This document shows, in pieces, positions 24,718 to 32,000 of a stretch of 32,000 nucleotides of DNA (positions within the stretch are counted from its first letter, which is position 1; every line of letters starts with the position of its first letter). Source of the DNA: Coriobacteriales bacterium OH1046 (lineage in GTDB: Bacteria > Actinomycetota > Coriobacteriia > Coriobacteriales > Atopobiaceae). Location: NCBI GenBank assembly GCA_004010535.1, contig RQYE01000009.1:1-32000 (forward strand), read 5' to 3'. The notes below the pieces were generated by a model. That model saw nothing but the letters and a program-made list of their open reading frames with translations. It was not told where the DNA came from and ran no database searches. The position numbers and the translations under genes are program-made.

Positions 24718-27414
24718 TCAAGCCGACAGCGATGATAACGGGCAGGATGAGCCCCGTAAGCGAGCGATCCCCCGTTGAGGGGATGGCGGGATGATGCGTG
24801 TTCGTGATGTCGTATCCTTTGACGGTGCTGGATACCCGGGCACCGGATCCTCGGTCACGGTATATGCGACCTCGTGACCATCGGACGGATCGTACTTGTC
24901 CAAGCCGGTAAAACTATAGGACCAGCCATCGGCGGCGGTGACGGGCTTCTCGGCAATCTCGGCCCCATCGGCGAGAAGGTTGATCGTGATGGATGGGGGG
25001 CGGATGCCGTTGCGATCGTTATCATCAGCCCACGTCTTGGTACCGGAGATATCGACGGTTTCGCTATTGGTATTGGTAATGGTGAATCCGTCTGCCGCGT
25101 TGCCTGAGACCGTAGCCGAGTAATGCGGGACCAGATCCTCGGAAACCGTGTAGGCGATCTCGCTGCCGGTGACGGCATCGTACTTTCTCAAACCATTGAA
25201 GCTTCCCGTCCACGAAGTATCGGCTGACAGGATGATCGTCCTCTCCGTATCGACCCCATCGGCGAACAGATGGACCGTCACGGGATCCCCGACAGGACCG
25301 ACCCACGCTTTGGTGACCGCAACCGACGTGGATAAGATATTGGCAATCGTATAGCCCTCGGCCGCAGAACCCTCGACTACCGCCATGTAGCCCTCGGGGA
25401 CACGCTCCTCCACCGTGTAGGTGTATTCATGTCCGTTCGCATCGTTCTTGGGAAGATTCGCGAACGTCATGGACCAGTCGCCATCGTCATCGGGCTCCAT
25501 GATCTGATAGCCCACGTACTCGTCATCGCGGTAGAGGTTCACCTTGATAGAGGCCGGCCTGGTTCCATCCGGCTCGTCTGCGTCACTCCAGGTCTTAGAG
25601 ACGGTGATCTCGGTGGTCTCGACGGACTTGCCGATGAACACGCTGCCGTTGGAGCCGATGCCGCCGCCGCGCGTGACAGACGTGTTGCCGGTAATACGCA
25701 CCTTTATCAGGCCGAGCGCCCTCTGCACAGCGGGATCATCTGCGGCAAGATCGTTGCTGAGGGACAAGGTCTGATTGTAGAGGGCGCTCAACACGCCCTT
25801 GAGATCGTCAAGCGGGACCTCGGTGCCGTCGTCGTACATCCACTTATACGCACCCCCGCCGAGCATGGAGGGCGAGATCTCGTAAACGGGATCGCCGCTG
25901 TGGGCGCCCAAATAGGACGCCGCCAAGATGTAGAGCTCGCGTGCGTTGCCCTCGTCCGTGGTGTTACCGTAGAACGCCGCGCCGTTGGTCAGGCTGATCT
26001 CGGTGACCGAGACGGGGCAGGCGGCGTAACCGCCGCCCTCGGTTGCAGCGGAGTTGCCGGAGATCTCGACGTTGGCAAGGTAGAGCTCGCCGTTGTGGAA
26101 GGTGGTGTACATGCTCGAATAGCCGTTGACGTAGATGCCGCCCCCGCCGAACATGGGGCTGCCCTCGCCGGTTGCCGTCACGGAATTGCCGGTGATGTCT
26201 CCCGCCGTGATGTAGGCGATGGAGTAGGTGGGCGTCCCGCCGTTGCCCGACTCACTGTATCCCGCCTGCACGAAGATGCCGCCTCCGGAACTGCCGGCAG
26301 TGTTATCCGAGATGGTGCCGCCCGTCATGGTAAGCACCGGGCTATCCCATTCGGAGGCGTAATAGGTGCCCATCGAGATGCCGCCGCCGCGCTCGAAGGC
26401 GGAGTTGCTCGAGATGGTACCGCCGGAGAGGTTGGCGTCCGTACCGTTGGCGGCGCAGATGCCGCCGCCGCATCCGCCATAGCTCTCGGGAAGGGTGGAG
26501 CTGTTGCCCCGGATGGCGCGGTTGCCCGTGATGGTGCCGCTCGACATGTTGATGACCGAATCGTAGATGCCGTAGATGCCGCCGCCCAAGACGGCCTCGT
26601 TGTTGCGGATGGTACCGCCCTCCACGTTCACGGTGCTCCTGTTGGCGAAGATGGCGCCGCCGCCCTCGGGGTACCACACCCCGCGGCTCTCGATGTGGTT
26701 GTTCTGTAGAACAGAACCCTCGCCCACGGTCAGGGCGCTGCCCCCGTACACGCCGACGAGCGAGCCGCCGCCGCCATCACTGCCGGTAACCACGCCCGTC
26801 GCGCCGTCGCCGCTCCTGCCGTCGAGCACGATATTCCCTAGGGTGAGGATAGCTCCTGAGGAGAGCCGGACCAGCTCTCCGTGATAGCCATCGCCGCGTG
26901 CAAGGGTCTTGCCATCGAGGTCCCAAGTCCCGGTAACACCGCTCAGGGCGATCGCTCCCGTTACGTAGATGGTATCCCCTCCTGATACCTCGAGAAGCTC
27001 CTTAGCCTTCTCGAAGGTCTTGACAGGCTCCGCCTCGGTGCCCGGGTTGCCATCGTCGCCCGTCGAGCCGTTGACATAGACATTTGCGGGACCACGGTCC
27101 ATCGGCACGAGCAGGGGTATGCCGAGCGAGGATTCAGGATCGGCCTCCTGGACGACGCCTCCTTGGTCATCGGCGGGAACCGCCTGTCCCCCCTCCGAGG
27201 GACTGTCCATCTCCGATGGTTCTGGCGGTTCCAGATCCGGTGCATCTTCCGGACTGTCCGGCTCCGATGGATTGGAGGCAGGCTCTTGCTGGGACAGCTC
27301 AACGGCCGTCCCATCCCCTGTCTCCTCTGCTGCCACGCGCGTAGCCATTAGAGGAAGGCAGATGCTGATTGCCAAGATAGCGCCTAAGACACGGCAGAGG
27401 CTTCTCTTCATACG
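24718..27414 (-). CDS. Secreted surface protein: signal peptide, Pro/Glu-rich linker, parallel beta-helix region, three Cna-B-like repeats; apparent C-terminal frameshift
   Basis: MKRSLCRVLGAILAISICLPLMATRVAAEE signal; repeated GGGI/NN beta-helix motifs; ITVSKTWSD, VAVTKAWVG and ISGTKTWAD Cna-B starts. See the frameshift finding near 24829-24834. Confidence 0.85.
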   Translation of the reverse strand, partial: RMKRSLCRVLGAILAISICLPLMATRVAAEETGDGTAVELSQQEPASNPSEPDSPEDAPDLEPPEPSEMDSPSEGGQAVPADDQGGVVQEADPESSLGIPLLVPMDRGPANVYVNGSTGDDGNPGTEAEPVKTFEKAKELLEVSGGDTIYVTGAIALSGVTGTWDLDGKTLARGDGYHGELVRLSSGAILTLGNIVLDGRSGDGATGVVTGSDGGGGSLVGVYGGSALTVGEGSVLQNNHIESRGVWYPEGGGAIFANRSTVNVEGGTIRNNEAVLGGGIYGIYDSVINMSSGTITGNRAIRGNSSTLPESYGGCGGGICAANGTDANLSGGTISSNSAFERGGGISMGTYYASEWDSPVLTMTGGTISDNTAGSSGGGIFVQAGYSESGNGGTPTYSIAYITAGDITGNSVTATGEGSPMFGGGGIYVNGYSSMYTTFHNGELYLANVEISGNSAATEGGGYAACPVSVTEISLTNGAAFYGNTTDEGNARELYILAASYLGAHSGDPVYEISPSMLGGGAYKWMYDDGTEVPLDDLKGVLSALYNQTLSLSNDLAADDPAVQRALGLIKVRITGNTSVTRGGGIGSNGSVFIGKSVETTEITVSKTWSDADEPDGTRPASIKVNLYRDDEYVGYQIMEPDDDGDWSMTFANLPKNDANGHEYTYTVEERVPEGYMAVVEGSAAEGYTIANILSTSVAVTKAWVGPVGDPVTVHLFADGVDTERTIILSADTSWTGSFNGLRKYDAVTGSEIAYTVSEDLVPHYSATVSGNAADGFTITNTNSETVDISGTKTWADDNDRNGIRPPSITINLLADGAEIAEKPVTAADGWSYSFTGLDKYDPSDGHEVAYTVTEDPVPGYPAPSKDTTSRTRIIPPSPQRGIARLRGSSCPLSSLSA

Positions 27415-28063
27415 GCATCCCTTCGTCAAGTCATTTTGCAAAGTGCGTTTATAGTGCGGTACCACGTAGTGAAGAAGAGCCGCTGAAGGATTCCTCTGGA
27501 CAAGCGGATTATCCCCTTCTACAGGGGAAAACGCAAGGCATCGGTCCTTATTCACGTTAACAGGCACTGCAAGGATGCACGCCGGGATTCTTGAGGGGCT
27601 CCGCCGATAGATTCTACGCCGAGGTGGCCGCCTTGCCCGACGTGGGCATAGGCCAGAGGCGGACGCACAGGTTCCGGGAGCATGATAAGCCGGATCCTAG
27701 GGGCGATAGGACGAAGCCGGTGTCAGGAGTCGACGACCAGCAAGGGCAGCCGTCATCTCCCTGCTGGGATCTTGGGGAAAAGCCCTCATGGAATAGGATG
27801 GGGAAGGCTGTCTGGCCGGGAACGCTTGCGTACCCCAACCTGAGAAGGCCGTTCCCCACCGTGGCCATATATCGCACGCGCACAGCTCCGAACTCTGCGC
27901 ATTCGGCAGGAGATCGGGGTATTCATCACCAAGGTCCCTATCGTCATCGGTATGGCTCGGGGCCTTCACAGGTCGGAAGCGCGCAGGCAGCTGCTTTCGT
28001 CAAAACGTGACCTGATCACATACGCACATAAACCGCTCTGGTATGGTTTAGCCTAGGAGGTGC

Positions 28064-28474
28064 ATGATGAAATATACGAAGATGCTGATCGCTGCCATAT
28101 TGATGGTTGCAGGCCTGCTCGCAGGATGCTCGCAGGAGAGTGCCCGAACCACGGATGACTCCGCAGGATATCGTCAGGTCACGGCCCAGGAGGCGAAGGA
28201 GCTCATGGATTCCGAGGAAGGGTACATCATCCTCGACGTCCGTACGGATGAGGAGTACGCCGGAGGGCACATCCCCGGTGCGATCCTGATCCCCCATGAC
28301 GATATCGCCAATCAGGCGGAGGAGACCCTTGCCGATAAGGACCAGCTGATCCTCGTCTATTGCCGCAGCGGAAACCGCAGCAGGCAGGCAGCCGAGGCGT
28401 TGGCGGAGCTCGGCTATACGAACGTCGTCGATTTCGGCGGGATCAACGACTGGCCCTACGAGATCGAGCGGTAG
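28064..28474 (+). CDS. Rhodanese-domain lipoprotein
   Basis: Lipobox MVAGLLAGC; YIILDVRTDEEYAGGHIPGAILIPH and active-site-like VYCRSGNRSRQAAEALAELGY. AGGAGG precedes the start. Confidence 0.93.
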   Translation: MMKYTKMLIAAILMVAGLLAGCSQESARTTDDSAGYRQVTAQEAKELMDSEEGYIILDVRTDEEYAGGHIPGAILIPHDDIANQAEETLADKDQLILVYCRSGNRSRQAAEALAELGYTNVVDFGGINDWPYEIER

Positions 28475-28868
28475 GGTTGCTCGGACCGATCATGCCCCTC
28501 CGACTAGATATCGAGATAGGCGGGGGATGACGAGCGCCCCATCCTTTCTTGCGTACGCAGTCGCCAAAAAAGCAAGAGACGACGAGAACGACGAAAGCCG
28601 GTATGCACACCAGCTTGGCGATAAGCCCCCGGGTAGCCACTGCGCGCACATCGTCGCATCGCCTCATACGGAAGGGCGCCGCCCGGCAACAGGCTCATCC
28701 CAGCGTGAGCAACGCCCACGCAATCTAAGAGGTCGTGCGCTCGTTCTTTGCGAGGGCAACCTTCGAGCCGATGGGAAGATACTGTACTGCACGAGCCGAT
28801 GCCTTGAAGGGCGAGGCCGAACTGAAAGCTTGGTTCGCGGCTGCCCTTGAGAATGGGGGTCAATACCT

Positions 28869-29234
28869 ATGGCAAGGATACAGATCAAGCGCGTCTACGA
28901 CCCGGCAGAGGAGGCGGACGGGACGCGTATCCTGATCGACCGCCTCTGGCCGCGCGGCATCAGGAAGGAGACCTTGAAGCTCGACGGGTGGCCGAAGGAG
29001 CTCGCGCCGTCCACCGAAGCGCGCAGGGAGTTCGACCATAAGGCCGAGAATTTCGATGCGTTCGCCTCCCGCTACCGCATGGAGCTCGACACGAGCGATG
29101 CCGCCAGGGCGTACATCGAAGTGCTGCGCACCCAGAGACCCCAAACGCTCACCCTCCTGTATGCGGCACGGGATCCACAGATCAACCATGCCGTCGTCCT
29201 GAAGCGGTGGCTCGATGAGCGGCTCGGGGATTGA
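28869..29234 (+). CDS. DUF488 family protein
   Basis: IQIKRVYDPAEEADGTRILIDRLWPRGIRKETLKLDGWPKELAPSTEARREF; LTLLYAARD. Confidence 0.92.
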   Translation: MARIQIKRVYDPAEEADGTRILIDRLWPRGIRKETLKLDGWPKELAPSTEARREFDHKAENFDAFASRYRMELDTSDAARAYIEVLRTQRPQTLTLLYAARDPQINHAVVLKRWLDERLGD

Positions 29235-29488
29235 GCGCGCTACGATTGCTGCTCACCTCTTTTGCAAAAGAAGAAACTCTCCCGCACCTGCCACGGTGAG
29301 CATCGCCAACAAAGCCTCTCGAGCTTGCATGGTCAAATCCATCTTCGCTTAGATGATCAATGTCCCGCTGCAACAGACAAGGGCCATGGCTGTTCGCGCG
29401 GAGATGAGTCCGGTGATATCAAGCTAGACATGAGTGCGCCCCATTGCGATACCGATAAACTCATGCCCCAGATATTCTCAAACGTCCA

Positions 29489-30337
29489 TTACTCGCGATC
29501 CCTCTCACTCCAAGCAACCTTCCCATTTGAGTCAAGTCCCCAGATCTCATACAGTTCGTTGTAGAATTTTGGCCGTGGAAAGTCCGGTACCATCTCGCAT
29601 GCCATCTTATAGGTGCCATCCGGGTTCTTAAGCCTCCTGTTGTGGTTATCGATCTTCATCGCGGCGTCTATGCACAACTGGTCGAACATCTCGATGGGAA
29701 CCGTCAGGATGATTTCGTTCATCGGGCAAGCTCCCCTCGTCTCCTCCCCGGGATCGGGAATCGTCACCCAAGGACGCCGCGTCTTCATAGTAGGAATCGT
29801 CGACCAGAGACACGAATCAATGTAATCGAGTTCTGTCGCAAGCCGTTGCCCACTGCGAAGCTTGATTGCACCAATCATCCATCTGAGCTGCCGTAAATTG
29901 TCGCAATACATGAGCACAACGTCAGGATCGAATTCGCAGATATCTACTGGGCTAATCAGAACAACGTTCTCGTCGTTGCGGCTCAGCTTTGGCAACTCCT
30001 TGAAATTCTCAGCCGAGGCAGCCAAGTCTGCGATACCGTTGTTGCGTATCCCTATGTCGAACTCCCTTGTTCCAGGCTCCATGTCGACATGCCCAAAACC
30101 GATAAGCGGCTTCCAGCACCATTGGTCTTCTTTCGATAAGGCGACGGCGATATGCTTCTCCTTCACCATGGACATAAGCTGGCACATGGCATAATGCACG
30201 CCATCCTGCTTGAATGGTCTGTAGCAGTTCTTAGGAATCTTGTCTACGCCCTGCACAACAGCCACTGCGATGGGCGTATGGCTCATGGTCAGACCATCCA
30301 TGAGAACTTGGGCTCTACCAGCATGTTCCTTGTTCAT
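29489..30337 (-). CDS. DUF169-like protein
   Basis: HTPIAVAVVQGVDKIP, CQLMSMVKEKHIAVALSKEDQWCWKPLIGFG, VVLISPVDICEFDPDVVLMYCDNLRQLRWMIGA. Confidence 0.7.
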   Translation of the reverse strand: MNKEHAGRAQVLMDGLTMSHTPIAVAVVQGVDKIPKNCYRPFKQDGVHYAMCQLMSMVKEKHIAVALSKEDQWCWKPLIGFGHVDMEPGTREFDIGIRNNGIADLAASAENFKELPKLSRNDENVVLISPVDICEFDPDVVLMYCDNLRQLRWMIGAIKLRSGQRLATELDYIDSCLWSTIPTMKTRRPWVTIPDPGEETRGACPMNEIILTVPIEMFDQLCIDAAMKIDNHNRRLKNPDGTYKMACEMVPDFPRPKFYNELYEIWGLDSNGKVAWSERDRE

Positions 30338-30424
30338 ATAATCCTCTCCTTCTCGTCAAGGGGCCAATGTAGGAGCGCCGTTCTCAAAACCTCGTACGAG
30401 CTATTACGATAGAGCCCATACCCC

Positions 30425-31384
30425 CTAGCTCAAGGCATCATCGATGGAAAGTATTGTTGCCGCAGTTATTGAATTCGTTACCAGGGAGTTTACGAGCTTT
30501 CCCCTAAGCGCACCCAAAGCTGCTTCGGCCTTGCTAGGATCAGCCACGACAGCGATCCTCAGCGGAATCTTGAGCAATGCATCGGTAGTGATCGCAATCA
30601 TGCGATCATACACCTCGGGAACATCAATGATGTTACCTTCAATGTCGAAAAAATACCCAGCGATGCGGCCTACGGCTTTCTTTGCGTCAAGTTCGTCTAG
30701 TACATCGCATGAGACATATTGATTCCACCTGCTCTTGGAATGAATTCCTGTTAGCAGAATCGTGGAGTCAGACGCTATCGAAAGAGTGGTCTTAACCGCA
30801 GGCCGATTCATAAGTTGCTGACAAGTACGCGCGTCATCAACCATGAAGGGGACTGTCAAATAATGATGGTTGCATCCATAGAGCCCTGATACGCAATGCG
30901 CCAAGTCGAGGCCGTCTAGCTCCGGATTGGAACTCTCCGTCGCACCGACAACCTGAGTGACAGTCATATACGGCAAGAAACCAGTTGGATGAAGCTCGTG
31001 CACTGCCCCATAGACCGACTTTCCATAAGTCAACCCGAGGACTGTCTTGTTTGTGAATATCGAGTTCAGGTACGAACCGGCAAGCTTGGTTACTGCTGTG
31101 AAGTTATCATGCGTCGTACGGTTATCCGAATCGATTATCCTGACATCCTCCATTCCAAACTTATGAAGAAAGTCAAATTCGAGACGACGTATCCGCTCAT
31201 ATGGATAATGCACGACAATCTCAACGATACCCTCTTCGCGCGCCTGCATCAGGATTCGAGAGATGCTTGAACGCGACAGGAAAAGCTTCTTGCTAATCTG
31301 CTCCTGCGTATAATGCTCATCATAATAGAGGTGGGCTACACGGAATACTGTCTCTACATCCTTTCTGTTGCTACAACTATTCAA
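30425..31384 (-). CDS. SorC-family (sugar-binding type) transcriptional regulator
   Basis: VFRVAHLYYDEHYTQEQISKKLFLSRSSISRILMQAREEGIVEIVV HTH and a DeoR/SorC-like C-terminal domain. Confidence 0.88.
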   Translation of the reverse strand: MNSCSNRKDVETVFRVAHLYYDEHYTQEQISKKLFLSRSSISRILMQAREEGIVEIVVHYPYERIRRLEFDFLHKFGMEDVRIIDSDNRTTHDNFTAVTKLAGSYLNSIFTNKTVLGLTYGKSVYGAVHELHPTGFLPYMTVTQVVGATESSNPELDGLDLAHCVSGLYGCNHHYLTVPFMVDDARTCQQLMNRPAVKTTLSIASDSTILLTGIHSKSRWNQYVSCDVLDELDAKKAVGRIAGYFFDIEGNIIDVPEVYDRMIAITTDALLKIPLRIAVVADPSKAEAALGALRGKLVNSLVTNSITAATILSIDDALS

Positions 31385-31419
31385 ATTGAACCAGCTCCCT
31401 AATCGTTAGTAGTGATATT

Positions 31420-31459
31420 TTTTCTTGATAGTACGCATCTTGTCGTACTATCAAGAAAA
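31420..31459. promoter_or_regulatory. Perfect inverted repeat upstream of the SorC-family regulator
   Basis: TTTTCTTGATAGTACG catcttgt CGTACTATCAAGAAAA, 16-nt arms, 8-nt spacer. Confidence 0.6.
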
Positions 31460-31765
31460 TTCTCCACTACTCCGTTTGCCGGTTAGCAAACACCGTTCAT
31501 CGGCTTTGTCTAGATACGTTCCTGTATCGGCGGCAGATTACAGACGCTACGCCTCTGAAATCGGACCTGTCTATCCACAGACAAGGAGCTCGAACTTCCG
31601 GCTGGTGCAACAGTTTGCGCTTTATCCCATCGTCATTGGAAAATACGAAGGATTGGGCATCCGGCAATAAGAACATCTGACCCTTTGATGCACTAATCCG
31701 CTGATACACTGTACTTTTTGTATCTCCCCCAGAGCCTAAACACCCTAGGGGAGACGCACCTGATG

Positions 31766-32000
31766 CTACTTACGTATCGAGTAAAAGCGCTGCGGGTTAT
31801 CGTACATGAATTTATGGCACTGCTCCTCGGAGAAGCCCTCGTCGAGAAGGCGGGGGATGAACTTATCCTTTATCCAGCACCAACCGGGACCATAGCCGTA
31901 GACCGTATGATGAGACTTTTTGCCCATGTCGTTGCAGAGCATGATCTTATCACCATACCCGTCTGCGCAGAGCCTCTTGAGAAGGTCGACGCGAACGGAA
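31766..32000 (-). CDS. C-terminal part of a phosphotriesterase-family protein (runs off the right edge)
   Basis: My translation: SVRVDLLKRLCADGYGDKIMLCNDMGKKSHHTVYGYGPGWCWIKDKFIPRLLDEGFSEEQCHKFMYDNPQRFYSIRK*. The FIP.L...G...E......NP.R.. pattern fits the family. Confidence 0.75.
   Translation of the reverse strand, partial: SVRVDLLKRLCADGYGDKIMLCNDMGKKSHHTVYGYGPGWCWIKDKFIPRLLDEGFSEEQCHKFMYDNPQRFYSIRK

Noticed and set aside
25429-26709. 426-aa plus-strand ORF
   Set aside because: Antisense to the repeat-rich surface protein; composition mirrors the Gly/Asn beta-helix coding strand.
24718-27414. Tandem GGGI-type motifs as a CRISPR-like or satellite repeat
   Set aside because: They are degenerate protein-level beta-helix repeats within one coding sequence, not regular DNA repeats with spacers. 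No CRISPR array was seen anywhere in the window.
28527-28850. 107-aa ORF between the rhodanese and DUF488 genes
   Set aside because: No recognisable domain and low-complexity composition; not supported as a gene from sequence alone.
31723-31754. TCTCCCC ... GGGGAGA stem as a terminator of the phosphotriesterase-family gene
   Set aside because: Short arms with an 18-nt loop and no U-tract on the minus strand; too weak to list.

Overview
This is a high-GC, densely coded window that looks like a Coriobacteriia/Eggerthellaceae-type actinobacterial chromosome (taxonomy inferred from gene content and style only). Left to right it holds: the C-terminal end of an IS1595/ISXO2-like transposase abutting a truncated msrA; a Trm9-like methyltransferase divergent from elp3; luxS and an alpha/beta hydrolase; an AI-2E/PerM-type membrane protein; a polar amino acid-type ABC importer; an MTA/SAH nucleosidase-like protein; three SAM hydroxide adenosyltransferase (SAM_HAT/DUF62) paralogues plus a CobW-type GTPase; a DUF1232-like protein; a membrane protein; deoC; a Gfo/Idh/MocA oxidoreductase; a lipoprotein glycoside hydrolase family 3 enzyme; several small regulators and methyltransferases; a large Cna-B/beta-helix surface protein; a rhodanese lipoprotein; DUF488 and DUF169 proteins; a SorC-type regulator; and the C-terminus of a phosphotriesterase-family protein. 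The best candidate for a poorly described system is a two-gene operon at 11231-12642. It pairs an HTH-DUF3990 (ADP-ribosyltransferase-like) fusion with a 166-aa partner, sits next to a perfect 16-bp-arm palindrome, and is inserted between SAM_HAT paralogues. Other strong observations are a Tyr at the expected catalytic His position of the third SAM_HAT, an apparent 1-nt frameshift that removes an IPSTGD sorting signal from the surface protein, the elp3/Trm9-like pair, and several perfect palindromes in intergenic regions.
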